Assembly: GCA_013265495.1 (NCBI GenBank) | Contig: MU058418.1 | Span: 2,444,917 to 2,508,916, forward strand | Source of the DNA: Vicugna vicugna | Taxonomy: Eukaryota | Length of the DNA: 64,000 bases | Reading direction: 5' to 3' | Shown here: positions 40,140 through 53,889 of the stretch, in pieces | Numbering within the stretch: the first letter of the stretch is position 1 | Layout of the letters: each line of letters starts with the position of its first letter | The notes under the pieces: model-generated | Told to the model about the DNA's origin: nothing | Database searches by the model: none | What the model saw: the letters and a program-made list of their open reading frames with translations, nothing else | Translations under genes and position numbers: made by a program

Positions 40140-40340
40140 TATATAAAAACTAATAGTCTAAATGTATATAACTTACTTTCAAAAGGTTCATTAAAAAGTC
40201 TACATATATACACACAAAATAAAAAAATAAAATTAAGTAAAATGTTAATAGCAAGTAAACCTGAGTAAGTGGTATCTGAGTGTTCTTTGTACTATATCCT
40301 TCCTTATTCTTGCAACTTTTCTGTACGTTTGAAATTATTT
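40140..40340 (+). mobile_element. Old L1 3' end fragment
   Basis: gttctttgtactat...tattcttgcaacttttctgtacgtttgaaattatttccaAATAAA. Confidence 0.7.
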
Positions 40341-40755
40341 CCAAATAAAACATTTTTAAAAGTAATTATCCTATTTTGGGGTTTAGGAGAAAGCAGGCAG
40401 GAGGAAGGAAGGAGAAGAAAAGGGGGCAGATTTTAAGCTCCCAGCCAAGTACAGAGGAGGCCTAGACCCTGTAAGTTACTGACTATCACATTTCATTAAT
40501 TACAGGAAGAAAGATTTTATATTGTCATGTTTCCAGGGAAGAAATTGTTCCTTTCTGGCCTTGGTTCAGAACTCCAAACTTTGTTTCTGAGAATAAAATC
40601 CTCCTCTAAGGTATGTTCAATTTTCAGGATATTCCTGGAATGATGTAGAGAGACGGATAGCAAAAAAGGGAAAATGCAATCATTTCTGATGATTTCAGCT
40701 GCAGGCAAGCCCCAGAAAACCTGACTGGTAGGAGAGCCATGGTTAGAGTTTAGCC

Positions 40756-41165
40756 TGTCAAAGACTGTGAAGGGTCTGAGATTTCATCTTATAAGCTAGT
40801 TTCCTGGATGCTGACAGAAGACATGAGACACTTGAGTAAGAAATGCAAGACTATTTCTCACAGCAAAAGCAGTGGCCAGAGTGTCAGATGTTTACAATTC
40901 CCAAAGAGGTGATGAGAATGGGTCCAGGTGTAGATGGAGCCGCAGTGGGTTGTGTTATAGGAGAGCAACACGGAGAAGGGGTACCTGCTATTTTAAAGCA
41001 GGAAACAAGCAAGTTTACTTCGTCAGGGAGGAAGACACCTCATCTTTCAAGGCTGCTCACTGCAAAAACAACCGTGAGAAATGGCCCAGATAGAGAGTAG
41101 TCAGGGTCTTGCTGGAGTCAAGAGTCTTGGAGGACTGTTTTGCAATAGTCCTTTCTCAGTAACAG
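40756..41165 (-). mobile_element. ERVL solo LTR (LTR41-like)
   Basis: TGTCAaagactgtgaagggtctgagattt...ggatgctgacagaagacatgagac...caaggctgctcactgcaaa..aaccgtgagaaatggccc. Confidence 0.75.
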
Positions 41166-41584
41166 TTGGAAAGCTAGTGCGTAGCATTGTGCAGGCTATC
41201 AGTCATAACCAAAACACTTTCAGGGTAGAGCTAATGGCAAGTGGACTCTGCAGAAAAATAGTAGACAGGAAGGATGAATGGGCAGGCAAGTACAGTTCAT
41301 CCAAGGTCTTTTATTTGATTAATAAGTAGGAGTGGTAGAAGAGAGCAGGTGCCTACCAGATAAGGCGGCGGGACCCTTCCAAGGAGGATGGGAAATGTCT
41401 CTCTCACTTGTATTGCCTGTTTCTTTCCCTTAGCAGCTGCTTCCTCCTTCTAAGCCTTCCTTTTTGCCCTCTATGGGATGGTACTTTGGTGGCTGGCCCT
41501 GAATTAGACTGCTTTCCTCTGAGATGTCTTCCCATCCTAGATATTAGCTGCAGTCATTGCATCTTGCCCCACTTTTGCATCTTA

Positions 41585-41820
41585 ACTTCAAAGATAAAGC
41601 AATAGAAATTATCCAAACTGAAACATAAGGAAAAAAGAAATGTGTATGGGGGTATGTAATAGAACAGAGCATCCAAGAGCTGTGAGACAATATTAAATTA
41701 CTAAGCTTATATGTAACTAGAATCTCAGAAAAAGATGAGAAGCAGAACAGGGTAGAGGAAAAGTTTGATAGATAATAACTGAGAAGCTTCCAAAAGTTCC
41801 ATAGATGAACCTGATGATCA
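41585..41820 (+). mobile_element. L1 ORF1-region fragment
   Basis: caatagaaattatccaaactgaa...gaacagagcatccaagagctgtgagacaatatt. Confidence 0.7.
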
Positions 41821-42659
41821 GTCAAGTTTAATAACCACTGGGTGAATGGTAGGCAACTCCTCCCCAGTCTATGGACTAATAATGCAAGCGAACTGCAAGA
41901 GTGGATAGAAGCTTTTCAGAGGTAACTGCTTATTCATGTGTTAATGAGGCATCAAGCATGCTGACAAGTCAACATAATAAGAACACTAAAGAAGAGGATT
42001 TTGTTTACAGCCAATTCTCTATGGTAAGGGTGTTTAAGTCTCTGATTTCTAATAAATTTTTGGGGAAAAAACAAATTATCTTACCCTTCCTAAAAGAGGT
42101 GCAGCCATACTAGCTTCCCTCCTCTATGAGAAAGTGACTGTAAACTACTTTAGATCTATGTGTTCCTCTTCTTTACAAGCACATAATAGTTATACATGTC
42201 TGACATATAATAACTATTTATAAATATTTGTTGAATGAATCAAAAAAGAAAAAAATGACACCTGGAACTTTTCTCAAAAGAAACAAGGTTTAAGTACAAA
42301 AATGGAAAAACTATCCTTTTAGGTTAATGCAACACAATCTACACCTATATGTGCTTTTTAGCAACTCATAGCAACTAATGCTGATAATAATAACAGTAAC
42401 TCAACTCACTCTTTCATTATTCTAACAAACATTTACTGATGGCCTCCTATGAGGCTAGGACCTATACTGAGGGCTGTGGACACAAAAATGAACAAGATAC
42501 AGTTCTCAAGATGCTCACATTCTAATATAAGATGACAGTAATATAAACAAATAATTATAATATATTCTGATAAGTGTTATGTATCATTTTAAAATGAAAA
42601 CAATGTAAAGAATATTCTTTTTAAAAAGGTAGAAAAATTCATAGTAGCTTATAGTAATA

Positions 42660-42875
42660 ATAGTGATTAAGGACATGGGCTATGGAATTAGACCTGGATT
42701 CAAATCTAGGCTAACTCCTTATAAGCTATTAGACATGGGCAAGTCATAATTCCTCTGAACTTAACCTCCTTCCTCTGCAAAATGCAGATACTGCCAGTTC
42801 CTACCTCAACCTATTGTTAGGAGGATTAAATGAGATGAAGAATGTAAACTACTTAGGGCAGTGCCTGGTACAAAA
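42660..42875 (+). mobile_element. MIR SINE
   Basis: tagtgattaaggacatgggctatggaattagacctggattcaaatc...gaggattaaatgagat...cagtgcctggtaca. Confidence 0.8.
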
Positions 42876-43739
42876 GCAGCAGATGGTTGGTAGGGTGAGT
42901 AGGGTGGAAATGGTAGTAATACTAATACTTCCTTTATAATATATAAAATTTAAACCCTTAGGTATCTGTAAAGGAGATATATCTAGAATGATTTATTTTT
43001 TAAGAATTCTAGATAGTTAATATTTTAACAAATCTATTATACCAAGAACTGGGAGTAGAAAGATGAGTAAGACATAGTGTCTATCCTCCAGCAGAGGTAT
43101 TATCAGTGATACTTATTATGGCACCATTTATAATCAACAAAGATTCTACAGTCACCAGAAAGTTAAAATAGAATGGGAAGTATAAATAAATGCTTCAAAC
43201 ACACTTGCCCTCCCTTAAGCAAGAATGCTTCAAAGCAAAGTGCCACTGGGGAATTTTGATTTATGATGAAGCTTTTACAAGTTGTATGACTTCAAATAGC
43301 ATCCTGTAAGTCCCCAAGCAGTAAATTGAGAGCCATTTGACAGGTTTGTCACTTGCTTTTTCTCATTTTTCAGAAAACTCCAGGGATGCACTGTCTCCAC
43401 TTATGTAAGGCTCTGTATCTATGCTTTTGAACACTTCCCTTTGTTAGTTAAAAATAACCCGGATTGTTCACAGTTCTCTTTCTTTATTCTGATGTGTCTT
43501 TAAATGCAGCTGCATGCAGTATCACAACAAACAGTTTAGTTGTGAGCTTAAAGAACTAGGTTAAAATTTGGAAATTGTGCATTTTATGTAACTCAAGTTT
43601 AAGATAGAAACATGTTTTGTTGTTAATTTTTACTTTTCATTAGTACCAAAATGGACTTCAGACTAATTTCCCTTCTGTTAATAAAGGAGCAAAAAAAAAA
43701 AAAAACAAAAAAAAAACAGAGAGAGAGATTAGGCTGGCC

Positions 43740-44250
43740 AATTTCTGCCGGTAATACGGTACTAGGTAATTTAGATCTACCTTCTTACTGAGGGCAATTA
43801 GAAAGTTGGACAAATATTAACATTAAAAATAAATGCTTGAAACCATTTGAGAGATAACAAGATAGTAAAGAACTGCCAGTTCAAGATCTGGGAAAACTTG
43901 ATGGCCCTGTTATTTTCTCTTGGATGAGTTTAATGATTCCTGAGGGGACTACTGAGAAAATAAGCAGTCCTTCTGACATCCTTATGGTACTAGAAGGATA
44001 GGAACTGGGGTTTGGGAGTGGCCATAGAGGAAGGCTGGGTGAACCTCCTTACTTTGGGTTAGGACCCTTAAGGGCTGTACCCTAGAGGCAAGGTTGAATC
44101 AGAAGCAGATAGGGTTTGAAAGGGCTGCAATTCAACTCTGAAATATCTCCATTCCTAAAACTGGACTGAATTTTAAGATATACAATATATTGTATATAAA
44201 TAGGATATATATACATATTACATATACAGTGTATATATAGTATATATATA

Positions 44251-44287
<37 letters not shown>

Positions 44288-46427
44288 GTGTGTATATATA
44301 TATAAAATAGTCGATTTTATATATATATACTGATTGCTAGGCCAGAAAATAGTAAAAGTAAACCTTCTCTGGAAGAAGACATTGTTTCAAAAAGCCTTAA
44401 AAATTATTTCTATAATCATAAATAACATAAAGAGAGAAGACAACATAAAGAAAACCTATAGAAATAACAGACATTAGAAACAGAAAACATTTGATTTATC
44501 CAGATTTATTCCAGATACTGGAATTAGCAGACACAAACTATGAAATAACTATACTTACTACTTTCAAGGAGATAAAAGACAAGATTAAAAATTCTGACAG
44601 AAAACTGGAAACTTTAAAAAAAATTGGAAATTCTAGAAATGATAAATACATAACAGAAATTAGAAACTTATTCAATGGGTATAACAGCAGATTAGACACA
44701 GATTAAATGAATTACAAAAGAGGTCAGAAGAAAATATCCAAATTAAACACAGATTGACAAAGAATGGAAAATAGAAAACAAAGGTTGATAAAGAGAAGAC
44801 ACAGAGATGATGTAACATGTAGGTAACTGGAGTTCCAGAAGGAAAAGAAAGAAAATAGGCCAGAAGAAGTTTTTAAAGAAATGATGACTAAGAATGTTCC
44901 AAAATGGATGATAGATACCAAGCCACAGATTCAAGAAGCCTTTTGGATTCCAAGGAAGATAAATAAAAAGAAACTCATAATATTACTACAGATTCTAAAA
45001 ACATTAAAAGGACAATAAAGACATACTGTGAACAACTTTATGCTAAAAAATTAAATAATTTAGATGAAAAGGATACAATTGAAAATCTGAATATCTCAGT
45101 ATCTATTAAACAAGTTAAATCTCTTATAATAAACTATAACACAAAGAAAACTCTAAGCACAGAATGTTTCATTGATGGAATTTATCAAACATTAAAAGGA
45201 TAAAATACCACTCTTATACAAACTCTTTCAGAAAATAGAGGAAGAAACATTTTCAAAACACCTACATGAAAATCTCACAAAGACATACCAAAAAAAAGAA
45301 AACTATAAACCTTCCTGAACAGTGATATAAAAATCTTCAATAAAACATTAGCAAATCACATCTAACAATACATAAAAATGATCACAATCAAGCAAAGGCT
45401 TATTCTAGCAAGGTTGATTTAATTTATGGAAATCAATCAATGTAATCCATCATATTAATGGAAGAAAGGAGAAAAATCTATCAGTCAAACAGATACAGAA
45501 AAACTATGTGAGAAAGTGCAACTCCAAACCAAGATAAAAACTCTCAGCAAATTTGGACTGGATAAGAACTTCCTCAATCTGGTAAAAGGCATCTACAAAA
45601 ACCCTGCAGCTATCATACTTAATGGTAACATCAAACTTAATGAATTCTTTCCTACTAAAGACAGGATCAAAGCAAGAATGTCTGTGCTTACCATTCCTAT
45701 TTAACATTGCACGGGAAGTCCTAGCCAGGGCAGTAAAACAAGAAAAAGAAATTAAAAAGCATACATATCAGAAAATAAATACATAGTTTCTATTCACAAA
45801 TGATGTGACTGTTTATACAGAAATTTCTATGGATTCTACAAAATAATTATTAGCACTAATAAGTCAGTTTGGCAGGTTTGAAGGACACAAAGTAAATACA
45901 CAAAAATTAATTGCACTTTCATATATTAACAGCAAGTAACTATAAAGTGAAATAAAGAATAAATAATGTCAAAAATATAAGATACTTTCAGTACAAATTT
46001 AATAGAAAACATGTAAAACTTCTACACTGAAAACTACAAAATACTGCCAAGAATTAGAGAGACAGCCCATGCTCATCACTGAGCCATGGGAAGACAGTAC
46101 TGTTGTCAATCATCTTTCCAACTGAGCTATAGAGTCAATGCAATTTGAGTCAAAATTCCTAGAAAAAATTTTTTGTACAAATTGACAAGCTTATTCTAAA
46201 ATTCACACGGGAATATAAAGGACCTATAATATTTAAAACAATCTTGACAAAGAACAAATTGGAGGGTTTACAGCACCTGACTCCAAGACTTACAAAAGGT
46301 ACCAGCAATCAAAGCTGTGTGACACTGGCAGAGGACACACAAATAAACCAATGAAGTAGCAGAGAGCCTAGAAATAGACTCCCACTCATACACGCATTTG
46401 ATTTTTGACAAAGGCATCAAAGCAATC
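43740..46427 (+). mobile_element. Old L1 (5' UTR, ORF1 remnant, internally deleted ORF2)
   Basis: ORF1-like QILELADTNYEITILTTFKEIKDKI (44491..). ORF2 RT-like IKTLSKFGLDKNFLNLVKGIYKNPAAIILNG (45516..). Confidence 0.85.
44185..44330. repeat. Compound (TA)n/(TG)n microsatellite
   Basis: (GT)10 followed by an (AT)n run at 44251-44287, within TA-rich flanks. Confidence 0.9.
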
Positions 46428-47477
46428 TGTGGTGGCCATAAAAATGAACCATTCAGATCTCCTGCTGGGGGAAGCATGGCTGACTAAAGCCCTAGCTGCT
46501 GCCCTTCTGGATTTTACTATTATGTTCATGCTAAGGCCAAGTTTATCTTACACTGCTCCTAGCCAATGATTAAGCACAGCAGAGTTAGTAATACTGGTCC
46601 ATTTCTCTAACAGGCAACTCCGGTGTGAGAAGTCCCTACTGGCCTGGCCAAAATTTTCTTAGAATAGCACTGCAGTCTAAGACACTTTTCAACCAATCAT
46701 CCTTTTTCCCTCCTCTCCTTTCACCATCCAACAGCTCTCCACATGTCTTCTCTGGCCTCCCTCCCCTTTTTCCTTCAAAGGCATTCCCCCAATAAATATC
46801 TAGCATATTCAATCCTGTCTTGGCATATGCATCTCAGAGGACCCTAAGCTAACACAGGTGATGATGGGAATGGTCTCAGTACACAAGTGGTAGGATGGAG
46901 TTTTAGACTGGCTTATTCATTACTTGGTAGGCAGAGAAGAATGTTAGCCTGAGTAGTATGTGGGGAATACAAGGTAGTGGCCAAACTGCTAAAGATTGTA
47001 CCAATGGCGACCTGGGAAAACATCCTGGGGAGGGCGATTGCCCTTGCCTGTGTAATGATTCTGGCATCTCAATGAAATGGGGAAACAATGTCTAAAAATT
47101 TAGACAGTGGGATTGGCTGGTTACTGCCAAGTTGCTATAATGCTCTACAGAGGGAGGATGAAAAAACAAGGGCTGTCAACAAGCAGTTAAAGTCTGTAGG
47201 TGAGGTATTACTTGATATCTTACAAAAAGGCCCTTATTTCAAGCTGTGGAAGAGCAGATAGAACTGAGTGGCTAACTGAAGATCTGTTTATTAGAGTCAC
47301 AGAGGTCTAGAGACATTTAAATGCTCAGCTGAGGAGGTCTACTATGCTAAGGACAGGAAAATTTGCAAGAGGGCATACGAACAGAGTGGTCAGAAATGAA
47401 GATCATACAACAGGCTCCCACTTATCAAGGCCAGTCAAGCCACTGCTGCCTCTAAATGTCCAATGTGTTAGCAGCCA
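46428..47477 (+). mobile_element. ERVL provirus remnant: LTR16-type 5' LTR (46428-46855) plus gag and integrase fragments
   Basis: LTR TGTGGTGGCCAT...AATAAA...cagaggaccctaagctaaCACA. Gag-like DSGIGWLLPSCYNALQREDEKTRAVNKQLK (~47103). Integrase HHCC-like RLPLIKASQATAASKCPMC*Q (~47412). Confidence 0.85.
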
Positions 47478-48920
47478 ATCTGATTCTAAAATGTATATAG
47501 AAATACAAAGGACCAAGAATAATAAAGATAATCTTAAAGAAAAATAGTAAGGTGGAATGGCTTGATTTCTTGGATATCAACATTTTTAGAAAAAAATTTG
47601 GTATTGGTATAAGGATAGACCAGTAGAAAAAAATATAGTCTATAACTGGACTCATATATTTGTGTGTATCTATACTGTCATCATTATACAGTCATATTTT
47701 ATAATCATATATCAACATAAATACATAAATATATATTTTTGTCCGTGTTTATGTACTTTTAATGAATTGGCCCTGTAGAGAAGTGGAAAAGATAGTCTTT
47801 TCAATAAATGGTGCTAACTTGATTGGATCTCCAGATGAAAACAAAATGAAACTTAACTTGACCTCACATGGCTCACAAAGGTCAATTCCAGATGGATTTT
47901 AGATTTAACTGTGAAAGGTAAAATGACAAAGCCTCTAGAAAACAATATAGGAGAATCATATAGCTTTAGCATAGAGAAATATTTCTTAAACAGGGCACAA
48001 AAAGCACTAACCATAAAAAGACTGATAAAATGAACTACATTAAAATTAGTAACTTATTTTCAAAGAGCATCATTAAAGTGAGAAGACAAGCCACAGAGAA
48101 GGAGAAGATATGGCTAATAAAAACATGGAAAAATACTTAACCTCATAGGAAAAGAAAACCATAATGCGACACCGCCACAAACCTGTTAGAATAGCTAAAA
48201 TAAAACAGAATGATACCAGAAACTGGCATGGATGAGGAAGGACAGGAATTATCAGACTGACGGTGGGAGTGTAAATTGGTACAACTTCTCTGGAAAATCA
48301 TTTGGCATTACTACTAAAGCTGAAGACATGCATATCCTATAATGTAGCAATTCCACTTCTAGGTATATACTTAACAGATATGCCTGCACACAGACAAGAA
48401 TCATGCAAAAATGTTCACAACAGCATTATTTCTAAAAGCCCCAAACCTCAAACTAAAATATCCATCAAGAGTAGAGTAGATAAACTGCGGTATATTTATA
48501 CCATGGATCACTATAAAGCAATGAAAACAAAGTAGCTTACATATAACAATATAGTTGAATCTGACAAATAAAATTTTAAGTAAAAGAAATCAGACACAAA
48601 AAAGCATATACTAAATATTCCTTTTATATAAAATTCAAAATATAGGCAAAATTAAACTATTATATTCAGGAACACATGCTTAGGTGGAATGAGTCTAGAC
48701 ATAAGGAAGTGATTACTATAAATTAGGATAGTGGCCACCCTTGGGGTTGGAGTTGAGGGAAGGGGTGGTAATTAGGAAGGGCATGAGAGAGGCTTTCTAA
48801 AGCGATGTCAGTGTTCTATTTCTTGGCCTGGGTGGTGGTTACATTTCTATTCACATTGTGGCAGATGACTGAGCTAAAAATTTTATGGACTTTTCTGTAT
48901 GCATGTTTCACAATAAAACA
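47478..48920 (+). mobile_element. Old L1 ORF2 C-terminus and 3' UTR (L1MC/MD/ME-like)
   Basis: ctgattctaaaatgtatatag...gtcttttcaataaatggtgct...gggagtgtaaattggtacaac...gcaattccacttctaggtatatac...cacAATAAA. Confidence 0.85.
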
Positions 48921-49829
48921 AAAAACCAAACAAAAGGAATGGGCTAATCTTTGGTATCAAGGTAAAAGGCTTAGTACTCGTTCAGTAGGCCCTTATCTTT
49001 CAGTTATTTTATTGACAATGGTAAGCAGTTCACACTAAATTATTCAGATTCTTTTAGTGAGATCCTTTGCCAGATTTTTCTGAGATGGTTGGCTAAGGGT
49101 AATAAAACAGTTACTGCCAAAGACTTATGGAAAATTAACCAATCCAAGAATCAAATCTAAAAATATGGCCTCATTTTAATATGCTGCAAAAAACAAAATT
49201 AATAATCACACATAGTATTTATTGAGCTAAGGGAAGCATCTTCAAAAGGAAATGGATTCTTGTTAACAAAGTAAATGAAGCAGAAGAGATAACTTAGACA
49301 TGAAAGGAATAGATAAAAAGTCAAATTCCAAAAAGTCTCCCCGCTTGCTGCTGCTTTGTTTTGAATTACAAACCTTCATGGTAGAATTATCTTTGACAGA
49401 CTCCTTAGAAGATGATTTCTAGATCTGAAAGGTAACAGAATAAAGGGTAGCTAAGCATGTTAAAGTGGGAATAGAGCAGAGATTCAGCAGATGTGACAGG
49501 ATAAAAAGGAGGAACTGCATAATAAACTGAGGTAGAAAGAAAACCAAGATGCTGCTGAGCCTAGGGCAGGAAGAATATAAAGTCTAGAAGGCAGAAGACT
49601 AACCTGAAGGATCTGACAATCCAGGACAGCCCACAGGAGTGTACTTAATGAGAAAAGAAGATCAAACGAGCATTATGGCAAATTAGATGAGAAGAACTTC
49701 AATGTGGGAGTTTACTCATGGGGCTAGGACATGGGTCAAGCTTCCCTAGAGACAGTTCTTTCATTTCACAATACAAGCAAAATCCAACTCTGGATGAATC
49801 CAAATGTATCATTCTGGCAAATGTCTTCA

Positions 49830-50940
49830 GACTGCTGGGGAAAAAAAAAATCACTGGAGCCACTTTAAATTCATCGTCACCAATCTCAACATTTTCAATG
49901 TTGTCTTACAATTTTCCATTTCCCTGGAAAGCTCTCTCCCATTTTCCACAATGACTACTTCAAACCTCTTCTACTTTTCTTAAAACTGCTCGCACTCCTC
50001 CTGCTCCCCAATTACCCTGAGCAGTGCTGTTATCTACTTCAAAGAGAAAACAGATACCACTTTCTCAACTTTTTTGGCACCAAACCTTCAAACCTGTTAC
50101 ACATTCTTCCTTTTCTCCTTCCTGCAGGCAAGGTTTCCTTTTACAAATGTAAGATTAATCCCTCCCGCCAACTGTGTCAGTAATCCTTTCCCTGCCTTAT
50201 GTCCTAAACTGCAGCACTCATCCTCCCAAATCTGCTCTTCTTCTTCATGGTCCTTCTATCAGTAAGTCAGGGCTCTGGAAATTATCCTTGATTCCTTCCT
50301 CTCTAATTACCAAGTCCAGTGCATCATATTCTAAATCTCTCTTGAATCTATCTCATTATCTGTCTTCTCTGTCACTATCACCTCCAATTATTATCTGTCA
50401 TCTACTGTACCTGCGTGACTGGTCTCTTGACCTCTAAGTTTACTTCTAACTCATATACCATGTTGTGGTTGCCAATTCTCTTTCCAAAATGCGACTCTGA
50501 TGTTACTTACTCAGTTTTACTGCCCATAGAATATAATGCAAGTTCCTTAATGTGGTTTCTAAGACCCTTTCATGGTTTGCTCTTGCTTACCTTTCTAACT
50601 TATTTCTAGTTACCCCACTCCTTACAAGCTTTGCATCAAGCATTTCCAGACATGCACACAACTATTTCCTTTGCCTGGAAGATTGTCCAACTTCACTTCA
50701 ACATTCACCTGACCAGGCCACCTCAAATTTTAAATATCACTTCCTTTTGGAGGCCTCTCCTGACTTCCTAGACTAGATATTTTCTCTGTGCTATGAGCTT
50801 CCTTAACATAACTTTCATTGTTCTTTAATTTATCTGTATGCTCAGAAAGTAGGGCTCTGTCTATTCACTGTTATGGCCCTAATACCCAGCAAAGTAACTG
50901 CAGGCATCAAAAAGTTTTGTTAAACAGAAATATAATAAAT
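49830..50940 (+). mobile_element. L2 LINE fragment
   Basis: Pyrimidine-rich L2 text: atccttgattccttcctctc...aaatatcacttcctt..ggaggcctctcctgac...tctgtctattcactgt. Confidence 0.65.
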
Positions 50941-53889
50941 GTAAAACTGAAAATGAAAACAAACCATTAATAATAGATATGCTCCTTTATCTGGTATGGT
51001 CTAGATAAATAGTTGCTACAGATTTTCTTTAATGTTAGAAGCATAACATTTCATAGCTTTCATAAGAATGAAACAGATACTTTTAAGTAATACTGGAAAT
51101 TGTTACAATAGAAGACAGATTATGATTTGAAAGCTCTTGTGTCTTTTATATTGTTTCCAGGCCAGAAAGGTGTAATCACATTACTCCCAGAGACATCAAT
51201 GTCCTTTATCAAGAGTAGTACTGAAACAGCTAGCCTAAAGGCAGGATGGATAAATAAAAAATTTACCAAGAAGTCTTTGAGTATTACACTCACATACATA
51301 TAAGGAATATATTTATACAGACTCTATAAAATATTCAAAATCATTATCACTAAACAAATTTATCTATAATAGGAAAAAGAAGAAACGATAAATATTCTGA
51401 GAAAAAATGACTTCCATACATGCTCAGTCATGTTTAAAATTTTTTTTCTAAAGAAAAAAAGTCAGAGCAGCTGGCCTTACAATAATAAGAAAAAGGTATT
51501 GATAAAGTCCGTTAAAAAAAAAAAAGTGCCTGAAATGTTCATTCAAGGCTGGTATTCATTCTTTATTCAGAGCCTGGTTGTCAGGCTTGAAAAGCAACAG
51601 AGATTACTGATGCATTCTACAGCCGAAACATGGAGGAAATAAATAAATTTGTTCTTAGTACAGCAATGAATAAAGGGAGGAAAAGACTTAATTCTTTGTA
51701 TTACAAGGGTTCTATGCCTTCTATTTGACTGCAGTAAGATGATTTCTATTAATTACAGTTATATGACACCATATAGAAATACCGTAATTTGATATTTCAT
51801 TTTCATTAGTTCAGTGCAGCAACACCATCTTTAAATCCTGATATTGCATGATTAATATCCTGCATTGGTTTATCTGTATTTTTTAATTAAGTAGATAACA
51901 GAGAGATCATGAATTCTAGAAGGAATTTACTAAACTATTTAGGAGCTTCAAATAAATAATACTTGCTTCAGTTTAGGGAGGTAGTTTTAAAAAAAAGTTG
52001 GGGTCAAGATAAATGCAGTAGAGTGAAAATGGAAACAAACCAACAAACCAGCAGTAGTATGTTTACTATAGCCAAAATCAAAGCTATGTTTTGAAAGTAA
52101 TTAATGAGAATTCCCATTAACTCAAAACATTTGATCAATTTTGCTCTCTACCTTAATAAATGACTTCAGAAATATTAGTAACTTTCACCTTTTGGCCAGA
52201 AAAGTTGATTCTATGCTTTCTATTTTTCAAACTACACACACACACAGAATTTTTATGAAGCCAGGACTAGTTTTAGGTCAAGTGTATTACTGAGATCAGT
52301 GGGGGAAATTTTTTTAAGCAGGAACAGTGTCTAGTAAGATACAATTTTAAGAGCCTTAGAGGACAGAACAAAAAGGAGGTATTTCTGAACCTGTTTACAA
52401 GACGAGATATTGTGAGTTGCCTGTTTAGGACAAGGCTCCTGCTGTCCTGTGAGTAACCTATTTGGCAAACTCAAATAGTAAATAACTGTGATACAAAATG
52501 GCTTAAGTATTAGTTGAAGAAAGCTTATAATAAAAGACTTAGAGAAACTGAAAAGGAATATGAACTGTACTTGTGAGTTGCCTGTTTAGGCAACTGTATT
52601 TGTGGTCATCTGAGAAGACTTCGTGAAAATATGGATGTGAGATGGTTATTGAAGAAAGGGTAGGGCTTTTAAAAAGTGGATATAAAGGGTAGTGTTTCAT
52701 AATTTACAGAAGACTACTGAAATGAACATTATTCTCATTTACCTTTAATACATATTTATAACATGAAAATGCTTCAGGAGTCATCTCATCTTCCCAAATA
52801 GATTGTTATGAAAAGTAGTAGTTATAGCTTAAAACACCTTATAATTCTGCAGCTTACAAATATCCCTTACTTAGGAAACATTATAGACACACTTCCTTTC
52901 CCTCCACAATGACTGAATTTTATCCCACACTCTACTGTTAAGCATTTCCCTCCCCTTCTTCTGTCCCATCATTATCAGTGAGGGGAAGGAACAGTGTTAC
53001 AAAAAAAGCCAGAGGGATTGACAGTTTCAAGGAGGTAGAGTACAGGCAGAATATAAAGATCAAATAAATTGAGGACTAAAGAATGTTCATTGGATCTGGT
53101 AATATGGATTATTTCTCCATAATATGTAATTCATTCTTTCTGCCTCTATGCTTATGCACAATCTTGTGCAACAGTAACATAATTCAATAAGAAAAAAAAT
53201 AGTCATTACCCAGTAACTTTCATTCTTCTTAGGGTATTAAAATTGACTACAGAATGATTTGTTCCAAAAGTCTCTCAGCAGGTTAAGTTGAATACTAGAC
53301 TGAAAGGTTATTTTGATTTTAAAATAAATACTACATATATGGCCTCTTCAGTCTCTGGGCACTTTCTTATGTTCTAGGAATGTTCTGAAAAACAAACAAA
53401 AAAACCTATCATAAACTATTTAGGATACACACTTGCAGGCTTTACAACAGATCCACTTCTATTATTAAGAAATCTTCAACCACTTCCTTTTGTATCACCC
53501 TTAACTATACTGACACCAGCACCATTATCTTTTAGTTACCTGGCCACAACTGAGTTTTACAAAACCTACCAGTTACTGCCTTTTGACCATATAAGCACAT
53601 GTAGAAAGACGAACTTTAAATTGTGGCATACTTTCTTGAGTTAAATTCAACACTATACAGTTCCATGAGGTTGGAAAGAAACCTTAAACAGCTATCTGAT
53701 CTCTTGTTCTAGGCAAAGCAACCCAAAAGAGCAAAGCAAATCATTTTATTAGAGTTATTAGGAAGTTTTTTATGTCCAAACTGTATTGCTACAGTGGACT
53801 TGATTCATCATTCCTATTCTACAAAGATTACAGATCATTAGTTAGCTGCCTAAAAAACCCCCCAAATTAGCAACTTACCAATGGCCCCC

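Noticed and set aside
44292..44330. 17-bp-arm AT-rich inverted repeat
   Set aside because: Mostly (TA)n microsatellite self-complementarity.
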